Shown here: piece after piece, positions 38,598 to 47,662 of the stretch
How positions within the stretch are numbered: position 1 is the stretch's first letter
How the letters are laid out: the number at the start of each line of letters is the position of its first letter
Virus record (IMG/VR): IMGVR_UViG_2711768162_000009
Location: 32,001-96,000 of that record
Direction: 5' to 3' (one strand)
Source of the DNA: a virus
Taxonomy: Duplodnaviria; Caudoviricetes
DNA length: 64,000 nt
Translations under genes and position numbers: made by a program
The notes under the pieces: generated by a model
What the model was told of the DNA's origin: nothing
The model's database searches: none
The model's input: only the letters and a program-made list of their open reading frames with translations

Positions 38598-39521
38598 ATG
38601 AAGATCGGATTCTACGGTCCCTACCCGACCAATCACTACCTGCTTCACCTCCACATCGAAGGCTCTCGGCTCTACGCCGGCATCCTCTACCCTGCTGACT
38701 TCTTGACCGATGAGCCCGACACGCGGATGGCCTACGCCGACTACCTAACGTGGTTCAAGAATGCGGAAGTGGACTACAGCTACGCCGGCTACCCCAACAA
38801 CTTCACCAATGGCGTCTTCGTTCGTGGTGTCGCCAATCAGCCGGCAGAGCGGTGGTTCGAAATCAAGGGCAAGATCGCCTTCGATATGCAGTATGCCGCT
38901 GGCGAGGATGAGTTCTGCGACTTCTCGATCATCGACCTGAACATCAAGAACGACGGCACCTTCTACGGCATCCAGAACCGCTTCTCGCGGACTCGTGGCG
39001 ACAAGGTGCTGAAGTCGCATCGTGCACGGGCGGCCATCGACGTCAGCACCGTTCTGACGGTCGTCTTCCCCTTCTGTGCGCAGTCGTTCGAGGATGCGGA
39101 GTTGATCATCGTGCCCTACGGCGAGGGCTTTGAGCCCATTGGGGTTGAACCCGACTTCCGAGTCAGTGCCAAGCCGCCAGGCGAACGCCTGATACGCGAT
39201 CTCTACTCGCCAAAGTTCGAAACTCCGGTGGTCCAGGTAAAGCCTGACGACATGGTTCAGATCCCCTTCAGCACCACTTGGAATGGCGGCAGCGAGTATC
39301 CGCACGAGGAAGGCGAGCCGATTGACCGAGCCATCACTTACGAGGTCGAGCCGACCTCCGGCTACGTCGGTATCCGGCGAGTCACCACGGATGATCAGGG
39401 CAACGGCGTGATTCGGTTCAGAGCGCTCGACATGCTGCCCGGCGAGAAGGCCAAGGTGAAATTGAATCTCGGCCATTTCTCCGCGCTGGGCGCTGTCGAG
39501 ATCGAGGTGGTCGATGCTTAA
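38598..39521 (+). CDS. Unknown protein, paralogue A
   Basis: 307 aa; clearly paralogous to 42479-43399; beta-rich C-terminus. Confidence 0.85.
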   Translation: MKIGFYGPYPTNHYLLHLHIEGSRLYAGILYPADFLTDEPDTRMAYADYLTWFKNAEVDYSYAGYPNNFTNGVFVRGVANQPAERWFEIKGKIAFDMQYAAGEDEFCDFSIIDLNIKNDGTFYGIQNRFSRTRGDKVLKSHRARAAIDVSTVLTVVFPFCAQSFEDAELIIVPYGEGFEPIGVEPDFRVSAKPPGERLIRDLYSPKFETPVVQVKPDDMVQIPFSTTWNGGSEYPHEEGEPIDRAITYEVEPTSGYVGIRRVTTDDQGNGVIRFRALDMLPGEKAKVKLNLGHFSALGAVEIEVVDA

Positions 39522-40512
39522 CGTCTTCCTTGGCTACGCCTGCAACTTCAACTGCGGCTATTGCCTTCAGGAGCCAGAACACGAGCGGGGGCCTAATCGG
39601 GCTCCCCGCCTGGATGCATTCTTCGAGAAGGTCATTCCAGAGATCAAGCGCCAGGGCATTCGCGAGATCGCCTACTGGGGCGGCGAGCCGCTGGTCTACT
39701 GGAACGCCATCATGGAAATCCACGAGCGACTGCTCGACGAAGGCATCAGGTTTGACCTGGTGAAGTTCGTCACCAACGGGAGTCTGCTCAAGGAGCATCA
39801 CGTCAAAGTGCTCAATGCCTGGGGCGCCTACGTGGTCGTGTCCATGCACGAAGGCTTCGGTGAACCCAACTGGGACATGGTGGCTCAGCTCCATAAATCG
39901 AGCCTGTCGTTCCTGTTTCGCAAGGATCGCCTGAGCCCAATGGAGTGGCTTGAGCGCGTCGAAGAACTCGAGGCCCACTACCAGCGACCATTCTTCCCCT
40001 ACATGCACTGGATTCGCTCAACGGACGGTGCGGCGGAGAAATGGTGGCTCGGCCACGAAGACCTTGATGAACACGTCGCAGAGCTATGGGAGCTGGCCCG
40101 GATGCGCATTGAGGGGCATCGCCTGGCACATGGTCTATGGGAGGCTCACCTTCAAGACTGGCGCAGCAAGATGCGACCGGGCCGCGAAGCCGTCCCGATG
40201 TGCTTCGGCAAGCATCAGATCGACATTGACCTAGACGGCAATCTCTACGGCTGCCACCACACCGTCAACGACTCGATGAAGGTCGGCACCCTGGCAGAAG
40301 GCGCCAAGGATATTGTGGTGATGAGCCGCATCCGTCGCTTCGTGGACACCAAAGAGTGTATGGCCTGCCCGATCAAGACCTGGTGCCGGGGCAACTGCCA
40401 CCTCTCCAACACCCACGACGTTGACTGCCGGCTGTCCAAAGAGAAGCACCGCATTCTCCAATGGATCGACGCCAACGAGCGCGGCATCGACGCTATTGCC
40501 ATCGACGTTTGA
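39514..40512 (+). CDS. Radical SAM/SPASM protein 1
   Basis: CNFNCGYC, WGGEPL, TNG; SPASM C...GNLYGCH...CMACPIKTWCRGNC. Confidence 0.93.
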   Translation: MLNVFLGYACNFNCGYCLQEPEHERGPNRAPRLDAFFEKVIPEIKRQGIREIAYWGGEPLVYWNAIMEIHERLLDEGIRFDLVKFVTNGSLLKEHHVKVLNAWGAYVVVSMHEGFGEPNWDMVAQLHKSSLSFLFRKDRLSPMEWLERVEELEAHYQRPFFPYMHWIRSTDGAAEKWWLGHEDLDEHVAELWELARMRIEGHRLAHGLWEAHLQDWRSKMRPGREAVPMCFGKHQIDIDLDGNLYGCHHTVNDSMKVGTLAEGAKDIVVMSRIRRFVDTKECMACPIKTWCRGNCHLSNTHDVDCRLSKEKHRILQWIDANERGIDAIAIDV

Positions 40513-40541
40513 CCAACTTAATCAGTAAGGACTGACTGACC

Positions 40542-41831
40542 ATGTTTACGATTACCCTGCGCCGTCAGAATGGCGAGGAATTCCAGCTCCAATATGATCA
40601 CCGTGCCAATCGCCTGCTGACGATGGAGGGCCTAGACGCCCTGCCGTTCTATCACGAGAAGCGGGAGTGGTCAGTCGCCCGGTCCTTTAGTCCCGACAAC
40701 CCCGTTGGTAAGACCGGCAAGGTCAAGAATCTCAAGATTCAGCTCGGCCTGAAGTGCAACTACTCATGCGCCTACTGCAACCAGGCGGTTCATGTTGGCA
40801 GCGAGGTTCACACCAATCTCGATGACGTGCATGAGTTCATGGCTGGGCTCGATAGCTGGATGGAGACAGCGCCCCAGCGTATCGAGCTGTGGGGTGGCGA
40901 GCCGCTGGTCTACTGGAAGAAGCTCAAGGTGCTGATTCCGGCGTTGCACGAGCGCTTCCCGCAGGCGCAGTTCGTGATGATCACCAACGGCTCTCTACTG
41001 GACGACGAGAAGTTCGCCTTCATCGAGCGATACGATATGGCGATCGCCATGTCCCATGACGGCCCCGGCCAGCATTTGCGAGGCCCTGACCCGTTCGAAC
41101 AGCCCGAGACCGTCCGGATCGTTCGGCGCTTCATCGAAGAGCGCCCCCACCGCTTCTCGATAAACAGCGTAATCACCAAAGCCAACACCGACATCAATGC
41201 CATCGTCGACTGGTTCCGTGAGCGCGTTCACCCCGACGCTCCCGTTAACTTCGAAGGGGTCGTCAATCACTACGACGAAGCCGGTGTAGGGTTCACGGAG
41301 CGCTTCACTGAGCGCGATTACGAGAAACTGGTGTCATCACTCAAGGAGAATCTGAAAGACGCTGAGAAGCGCTCCCAGGGGCTAGAAGCGCGTGTTTACG
41401 ACTTCATCGAATCCATCATGGAAGCTCGCCCACACACGTCGCTGGGTCAGAAGTGCGGAATGGACAGCGAAGACCGGCTGGCGGTCGATCTGAAGGGCAA
41501 CGTCATGACCTGCCAGAACACGGGAGCAACCTCGGAGCACGGCATTGGCTCCGTCTTCGACATGGATAACGTGAAGCTGACCACCTCCTGGCACTGGATG
41601 GAGCGGCCCGACTGTGAGGGCTGTCCCTACCTTCAGCTTTGTGCCGGCGGCTGCATGTTCCTCGAGGACAAGAACTGGGTCGATACCTGCAACAACGAGT
41701 ATCACTACGCCAAGGGTATCTTTGAGGGTGCCTTGCGAATGCTGACCGGCGCTGACGTCGTTGCCTTCGAGGGCCATCACACTCGGCCCAAGGCCCCTTC
41801 CGACAACCTGATTCCGGTGATGGCGGTATGA
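40542..41831 (+). CDS. Radical SAM/SPASM protein 2 with N-terminal extension
   Basis: CNYSCAYC, WGGEPL, ITNG, SHDG; SPASM CG...GNVMTC...CEGCPYLQLCAGGC. Confidence 0.95.
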   Translation: MFTITLRRQNGEEFQLQYDHRANRLLTMEGLDALPFYHEKREWSVARSFSPDNPVGKTGKVKNLKIQLGLKCNYSCAYCNQAVHVGSEVHTNLDDVHEFMAGLDSWMETAPQRIELWGGEPLVYWKKLKVLIPALHERFPQAQFVMITNGSLLDDEKFAFIERYDMAIAMSHDGPGQHLRGPDPFEQPETVRIVRRFIEERPHRFSINSVITKANTDINAIVDWFRERVHPDAPVNFEGVVNHYDEAGVGFTERFTERDYEKLVSSLKENLKDAEKRSQGLEARVYDFIESIMEARPHTSLGQKCGMDSEDRLAVDLKGNVMTCQNTGATSEHGIGSVFDMDNVKLTTSWHWMERPDCEGCPYLQLCAGGCMFLEDKNWVDTCNNEYHYAKGIFEGALRMLTGADVVAFEGHHTRPKAPSDNLIPVMAV

Positions 41832-42421
41832 GCGAATTTACAGGCTTCAATGGGCTTATCGGCATCTACGACATAGACGATTTCACCGCGACGGAATGGG
41901 AGACGGTGGTTGGCCTATGCAACAAGATGGCCCAAAGCGAGGGAGTGGCGCAGCAGCTCACCGCCGGCAACACTCGAGCCGACGTCATTGGCGACACGCC
42001 GGAGCTGCAACGCATCTCAAGCGCTCTCGAAGAGGCCATCGGTCATTACCTGGTGGCGAACTTTCCCGTCGTGCTGCATCCCGACACCGAACTCGATCTC
42101 GCTCGGGTCGGCTCCTGGTTCAGCGTCTACAGGAAGGGTGAAAGTCAGGCGACGCACACCCATGACGCCGACCTGTCTGCGCTGATCTACTTCGACACGG
42201 TAGAGGAAGACCACGGCGGCCTGACAATCTTCACTAACCCGGTAAACCCGCACCTGCCGGTAGGCTCTGGGTTGATGCAAAAAGGACTGCGGGTCCATCT
42301 CCCTGTCGAGGCGGTGAAGGGCCGAATCGTAGTGTTCCCGAGCTATCTCGAGCACGGCTGCTCAACCTATGAAGGACCAGGGCTGAGACGAGTCCTGGCT
42401 GCCGACTTCACGGCTCAATAG
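41828..42421 (+). CDS. Putative 2OG-Fe(II) oxygenase (TIGR02466-like)
   Basis: SWFSVY...HTH...LSALIY...FPSYLEH...R pattern. Confidence 0.82.
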   Translation: MSEFTGFNGLIGIYDIDDFTATEWETVVGLCNKMAQSEGVAQQLTAGNTRADVIGDTPELQRISSALEEAIGHYLVANFPVVLHPDTELDLARVGSWFSVYRKGESQATHTHDADLSALIYFDTVEEDHGGLTIFTNPVNPHLPVGSGLMQKGLRVHLPVEAVKGRIVVFPSYLEHGCSTYEGPGLRRVLAADFTAQ

Positions 42422-42478
42422 GTAAGTCACTGGTTACTTATCTGATATACTGGCCCAACCGCAACAGGAGGCTCTGAC

Positions 42479-43399
42479 ATGAAAGTTGGCTTTTACGGCC
42501 CCTACCCCATACAGGCGCAACAAGTGCATCTCTACATCGAGGAATCCCGCATCTACGTGGGCATCTTGGCGCCGTTCACCTCGAAGCACTACAAGCCCGA
42601 GCACTTCATGACCTACCCGGAATATCTGGAGTGGTTCAAGACTGTCGAGGCTGAGCACGAATACGCCGGATACCCGAACAACAACTACAACCACTACATC
42701 GTGACAGGCGTTCCCGGCCACGACCCGGAAGCGCGCTTTCTCATCCTTGGAAAGCTGGGCTTCGATCTGCGCTACGCCGCTGGCGAGGATGAAGTGACCG
42801 ACTTCACCATCCTCGACGTCAATATCTACAACGACCGAACGCTGGCCGGTATCCAGAACCGCTTTGCGAACACCCGCAATGAGAAGGCCATCAAGTCCCA
42901 TCGCGTCCGTGCGCTGGATAACGTCAGCACCGTTGCGACCATCGTTTTCCCCTACAAGTCAGACACCTTCGAGGATGCCGAGCTGGTAGTGGTGCCCTAC
43001 AACGAGACCGGGCGACCTCTGGGAATGGAGCCGGACGTGTGGTTCGACGCCAAGCCGCCAGGCGAACGGCTGATCGCGGACATGTATTCGCCCAAGTTCG
43101 TTCAGCCGGTGGTCGAGGCCAAAGCCGGTGAGCTGGTCAGGATTCCCTTCAGCACCACCTGGAATGGCGGTGACGAATACGATCACGCCGAAGGTGAGCC
43201 TTTGTCTCGCGCTGTGACCTACAAGGTGGAGGCCACTGCGGGCTATGTGCCAAAGCGTCGGATCGTCACTGACGAGAAAGGTAGCGGCGAGATCCTGTTC
43301 CGGGCCACCGACCTAGAGCCAGGCGACGAAGCCAAGGTGAAGCTGAACATCGGCCACTTCACCGGCATCAGCCACGTCACCGTGAAGATCACTGAGTAA
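42479..43399 (+). CDS. Unknown protein, paralogue B
   Basis: 306 aa; shares MKxGFYGPYP, YAGYPNN, YAAGEDE, GIQNRF, KPPGERLI and PFSTTWNGG with paralogue A. Confidence 0.85.
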   Translation: MKVGFYGPYPIQAQQVHLYIEESRIYVGILAPFTSKHYKPEHFMTYPEYLEWFKTVEAEHEYAGYPNNNYNHYIVTGVPGHDPEARFLILGKLGFDLRYAAGEDEVTDFTILDVNIYNDRTLAGIQNRFANTRNEKAIKSHRVRALDNVSTVATIVFPYKSDTFEDAELVVVPYNETGRPLGMEPDVWFDAKPPGERLIADMYSPKFVQPVVEAKAGELVRIPFSTTWNGGDEYDHAEGEPLSRAVTYKVEATAGYVPKRRIVTDEKGSGEILFRATDLEPGDEAKVKLNIGHFTGISHVTVKITE

Positions 43400-43442
43400 C
43401 CCCAGGGCACCCTAGCGGTGCCCTCTTCTCTTCGAGACTCCC

Positions 43443-44177
43443 ATGAACATCAAGTCCCACACCCAGATTCAGACCATCTTCCCCTCCTTCGTGATGCACA
43501 AGCGCTGGGAGATGCCGCCGGGGTTTAACGAGCGACTGCACGAACTCGCGTGCGAAGACGCCATCAGGAACCGGATCACGAAAGCAGACAACCCCACCAA
43601 TATCGGTGACACCTCGAATCACCTCGGGCACCTTCGTCACAACTTCCTGGTCGAGTGCCAGGAGCCTGAAGTGAAGACTCTGACCCAGATGGCTGACCTG
43701 GCCGTGAGGGAGTATCTGGCCTCGGTTTACGGCTATCAGCACGAAGGCGAGGTTCGCATGATGAGCGACACCTTTTGGCAGCGCCGAAGTCATGGCGAAA
43801 ACGTCGGCATCAACAGTCACACCCACATCAAGGCTGATCTGGTGGTGACCTACTACCCTCGCGTAGACGTGGAGCCGGGGGAAACTAGCTCGCTACGCAA
43901 GGGAGCATGTCGCTTCTACGACCCGGCCAACGTCGGCAAGCGCTTCTGGCCCTGCAACAACGACGCCTTCTTCGTCGGAGGCTGGTATCAGTTGGAGCCG
44001 CAGGAGGGCTCAATGACAGTGTTCGAGGGCTACGTCCCTCACGACAGCACGTTCTTCTCCGGTGAAGAGCGAATGTGCATCCCGATCCTCGTGGACGTCG
44101 ATACACCCAAGAAGCACTGCAAAGCTGCGGTGAGCGACATTCTCGGCTACAAGCCCTGGGAGAAAGGCCATGAGTGA
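43443..44177 (+). CDS. Putative 2OG-Fe(II) oxygenase (TIGR02466-like)
   Basis: IFPS, HTH...LVVTYY...FYDP...FEGYVPH...ERMCI. Confidence 0.8.
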   Translation: MNIKSHTQIQTIFPSFVMHKRWEMPPGFNERLHELACEDAIRNRITKADNPTNIGDTSNHLGHLRHNFLVECQEPEVKTLTQMADLAVREYLASVYGYQHEGEVRMMSDTFWQRRSHGENVGINSHTHIKADLVVTYYPRVDVEPGETSSLRKGACRFYDPANVGKRFWPCNNDAFFVGGWYQLEPQEGSMTVFEGYVPHDSTFFSGEERMCIPILVDVDTPKKHCKAAVSDILGYKPWEKGHE

Positions 44178-44787
44178 GCTGCCAGGTTTCAGTGATCTAG
44201 TGATGGCCGTTCAGATTCGCGACTTCACAGAAGCCGAATGGAGTGCGTTAGAGCACATCGCAGAGAGCCACACCAGGCAGGTCTCGCGACGCAACGACCC
44301 AAAGAGCCCTGGTGCGGAGCCGCTTACCACCGCGGATTACGACGACCTTATCGGTAGTATTCCTGCACTAGAGCGCATCGGAAAGGCACTTGATGAGGTG
44401 GCGGAGCTGTATCTCTCCACTCAGCACCCTGGGGCGCCGGTCCTTGGCTATGGGCTGAAGCGAACCGGCTCTTGGATGAGCGTCTACAAGACCGGCCAGG
44501 CACGCGAAACCCATACTCACGACTCGGACGTCAGCGTGGTGTTGTTTGTCGATGACGTGCCCGAAGAGGACGGCGGAGTGCTGGGCTTTCTCAACCCCAC
44601 GAATCGCCATGTGATCGGCGGCACAGGGCTACTTCAGACGACGTTCCGAAAGCAATTCACCCTTACGCCGCAGAGGTGCGTCGCCGTTGCCTTCCCAGGC
44701 TACCTCGAGCACTTCGCCACCGAATACCAGGGACTAGACACCCGCCGGATCATCGCTGCTGATTTTGCTGCATTTGATAGTAAGTAA
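44170..44787 (+). CDS. Putative 2OG-Fe(II) oxygenase, paralogue of 41828-42421
   Basis: GSWMSVY...THTHD...FPGYLEH...RRIIAADF. Confidence 0.82.
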   Translation: MSELPGFSDLVMAVQIRDFTEAEWSALEHIAESHTRQVSRRNDPKSPGAEPLTTADYDDLIGSIPALERIGKALDEVAELYLSTQHPGAPVLGYGLKRTGSWMSVYKTGQARETHTHDSDVSVVLFVDDVPEEDGGVLGFLNPTNRHVIGGTGLLQTTFRKQFTLTPQRCVAVAFPGYLEHFATEYQGLDTRRIIAADFAAFDSK

Positions 44788-44845
44788 TCGCTGACTTACT
44801 ATGGTATATTGCCCCTTGGACTTGACTTTCTACAGGGGCAATTAG

Positions 44846-45193
44846 GTGAACGAGCACATCTCCGTTCCGCAGCCCGATCACTCACCCGCCGCCGGCGCTC
44901 TCGAGCAAACGTCGGTCAATTGGGCAGACAAAAGCCTCTGGGTAGTGGTTGGGCTGATCCTCCTGGGCCACATGGCCCGCAATCTCGTCTCCGACGAGCC
45001 GTTCAACCTCAAGAAGTTCATTGGCGAGATGCTGCTGGCCGGCATCGGCGCTGTCGTCATCTACCTCTTCGGCATTCTTCAGGGCTTGCCGGAGATTCAA
45101 ATCATCCTGATCGGAAGTCTGACCAGTCTTGGCGGCATTCGCGCGCTCGAATGGGCCGCAAAGATTTACCGCCTTTCCAAGAAACTGCACTAA
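44846..45193 (+). CDS. Holin
   Basis: Three hydrophobic segments and a basic C-terminus, directly before the endolysin gene. Confidence 0.75.
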   Translation: MNEHISVPQPDHSPAAGALEQTSVNWADKSLWVVVGLILLGHMARNLVSDEPFNLKKFIGEMLLAGIGAVVIYLFGILQGLPEIQIILIGSLTSLGGIRALEWAAKIYRLSKKLH

Positions 45194-45203
45194 GGAGGCT
45201 GCA

Positions 45204-45677
45204 ATGAGCTTTGCACCCAACTTCCCCCAGCATGAGTTCGAGGCGTCCCAGACCGCAGCTCGCAAGGGCATCGACAACTCGCTCCCGGCTGACAAGCTGG
45301 ATGACATGGTGAAGGTGTCCTGGTGGCTTCAGGAGCTTCGCAACAAGATCAACCGCATCCACCGCACCGAGTCTCGCGCCCGCGAGCTGCCGGTGATCAT
45401 CACCAGCGGATACCGCTGCCCCGAGCTGAACACTGCCATCGGCGGCTCCAGCACCTCTCAGCACATGCGCGCTCAAGCCGTGGACATTCATGTCCCCGGC
45501 ATGACCGCTCGCCAACTTGTCGATTTCATCGCCGAGCACATGACCGGATACGACCAGATGATCGAAGAGTTTGGTCGCTGGGTGCATGTAAGCGTGTGCG
45601 ACAGCCCTCGCGGTGAAGTGCTGGTGGCTCGCAAGTCTGGCAAGGGCGTGCGCTACGCACCTCTGAAAGCGGACTGA
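45204..45677 (+). CDS. Endolysin, peptidase M15A family
   Basis: ITSGYRCPELN, SQH...AVDI, WVHVS. Confidence 0.9.
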   Translation: MSFAPNFPQHEFEASQTAARKGIDNSLPADKLDDMVKVSWWLQELRNKINRIHRTESRARELPVIITSGYRCPELNTAIGGSSTSQHMRAQAVDIHVPGMTARQLVDFIAEHMTGYDQMIEEFGRWVHVSVCDSPRGEVLVARKSGKGVRYAPLKAD

Positions 45678-45687
45678 GGGCGACACC

Positions 45688-46071
45688 ATGGCGGCCGGAA
45701 TCTACACCATCGTCTGTGAGAAGCGAGCCAGCTTCCGACTGGACATTACTCACACCAATAACGACGGCACTCCGATTCACCTGGGCGGCTTTCACGCCCA
45801 GATGGACGTGCGCCGTAGTCGAACCACCAACAGCAAGCTGATCACCAGCCTGTCCACCGACAACGGTCGTATCCAGATTCCGGCGCCTGAGACTGGCGAG
45901 ATTCTTCTCGCCATGGCCCCCGAGGATACCGCCGAGCTGCCACCAGGCGACTACTTCTACGACGTCGTGATCTACCGCACCACCACTCATCCCGACGGCT
46001 CGACGGGCAAAGAGGTGGTGCGCTTGCTGGAGGGGAACTTTGTGATCCGACAAGGGGTGACAGACGTATGA
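45688..46071 (+). CDS. Virion/fibre-anchoring protein (BppU-like beta sandwich)
   Basis: AQMDVR...YFYDV...RLLEGNF pattern. Confidence 0.6.
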   Translation: MAAGIYTIVCEKRASFRLDITHTNNDGTPIHLGGFHAQMDVRRSRTTNSKLITSLSTDNGRIQIPAPETGEILLAMAPEDTAELPPGDYFYDVVIYRTTTHPDGSTGKEVVRLLEGNFVIRQGVTDV

Positions 46072-46316
46072 GCAGAACCAGCATCAAGGTCGTGGTGACA
46101 CCTGATAACCAGGTGTTCGAGAAGGACGACAACAAGATTCGCGTAGCGAGTGTCGGCGTTCAGGGTGTGCCTGGCCCACACATCATCGAGGGCGCAGTCG
46201 ATACCGACCTCGAGACCAAGCAAGAAGGCGCTGTGATGGCCTTCAGCGAAGACTCGCAGAAGTGGGAATCCACCAACGAGCTTCGCAACATCAAGATCAA
46301 CTGTGGGAGTTTCTAA
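46068..46316 (+). CDS. Small fibre-module protein
   Basis: GVQGVPG; C-terminal INCGSF resembling the DGGxF terminus. Confidence 0.6.
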   Translation: MSRTSIKVVVTPDNQVFEKDDNKIRVASVGVQGVPGPHIIEGAVDTDLETKQEGAVMAFSEDSQKWESTNELRNIKINCGSF

Positions 46317-46319
46317 ACC

Positions 46320-47612
46320 ATGAGCAACATCATTCAGATCAAGCGTTCGCACACCACGAACGCTCCGGCCAACCTGGGTGACGGCGAACTGGCCATGTCC
46401 CATCTGTCCCGCATCCTGTATGTGGGCGATGGCAGCAGTGTTCGTGCGATCGGTGGCGAAGGTGCCTTCATCCGTAAGGGTGGCGACACCATTACCGGCG
46501 ACCTCGTGATTCAGGGCAACCTGGTGGTCAAAGGTGCTCAGTCCACCGTCGAGTCCAACACCGTCGCAATCGGCGATGCCGTCATTGAGCTGAACCAGGA
46601 CATTGCCGCTGACGCTACACCCTCCGAGAACGCCGGCTTCGCCATCAAGCGTGGTGCTGAGGCGGACGTGTTCTGGATTTGGGACGAAGCCAACGACGTC
46701 TTCACCGGCAAGGTGGGTGACGCTCCTGCCTCAATCGCGGGCATGGAAAACATCGCGCTGTCTGGCACGCTGAGCGCGTTTGACGCCGCGTTGGATACCA
46801 CGCTCAACGTCGGCACCGATCTCACCGTAGGCGGCAACTCCGTCGTGTCTGGCACAGGTCGCTACAACGGCCGTCTGACCACCACCGCCGGCATCACCAA
46901 CACCGGGGCTTCGAGCTTCAACGGCACCTTCACCCAGACCGGCGGCGTGTTCAGCACTCGCGGTATCCGTGATGGGGCTACCACCAAGCAGATCGACGTC
47001 ACCAACTCGCTGACTCAGGTGAACAATGACGTCAACGTGTCTGGTGCGATCACTGTCGGGGAAGAGTTCTCGTTCCTGTCGGGCGGTTCTGTCGCTGGAG
47101 CGGCCACCTTCGAGTCCACCGTTGACGTGATGAACCTGCGTCTGGACGGCAACACCGTCAGCTCCACCAACGACAACGGTGACATTTCGCTGACCCCGAA
47201 CGGCACTGGCCGGGTCATCGTCGGCAACCTGGACGCCAACGGCGGCACCATCGACGGCACCGTGATTGGCGCAGCCTCCCCGGCCGCCATCACCGGCACC
47301 AAGATCACCGCTACCGACATCTTCGCCACTCGCGGTATCACCGATAACGCCACCGCGAAGAAGCTGGTGATCAACGACGCCACCACCACCATCAACAACG
47401 ACCTGTCTGTTGGTGGCTCCAGCTCCGTGACCGGCGCGCTGTCCGTGGGTGAAGACGTCACCTTCAGCAAGAGCCTGTCTGTGGGTATGACCCTCTCGGT
47501 AGACGCTGCTTCCACCCTCACCGGCCGCGTGACCCTGGGTGAAAACCTCGTCGGTGCCGGCACCTCCAGCTCCGCTATCCAGGGCTTCACCATCGACGGC
47601 GGCACGTTCTGA
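46320..47612 (+). CDS. Tail fibre protein
   Basis: IIQIKRS...LGDGELA N-terminus, G/T/V-rich beta repeats, DGGTF terminus. Confidence 0.8.
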   Translation: MSNIIQIKRSHTTNAPANLGDGELAMSHLSRILYVGDGSSVRAIGGEGAFIRKGGDTITGDLVIQGNLVVKGAQSTVESNTVAIGDAVIELNQDIAADATPSENAGFAIKRGAEADVFWIWDEANDVFTGKVGDAPASIAGMENIALSGTLSAFDAALDTTLNVGTDLTVGGNSVVSGTGRYNGRLTTTAGITNTGASSFNGTFTQTGGVFSTRGIRDGATTKQIDVTNSLTQVNNDVNVSGAITVGEEFSFLSGGSVAGAATFESTVDVMNLRLDGNTVSSTNDNGDISLTPNGTGRVIVGNLDANGGTIDGTVIGAASPAAITGTKITATDIFATRGITDNATAKKLVINDATTTINNDLSVGGSSSVTGALSVGEDVTFSKSLSVGMTLSVDAASTLTGRVTLGENLVGAGTSSSAIQGFTIDGGTF

Positions 47613-47662
47613 TCAATACGGGTTCAAGGGGGCTTCGGCCCCCTACTGCATAGGGTTTACGC

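Noticed and set aside
39514-41831. rSAM genes as a 7-deazaguanine or other DNA-modification pathway
   Set aside because: Both have SPASM domains and sit beside a Cys-rich ORF; no queC, queD, folE or dpdA-like genes are seen.
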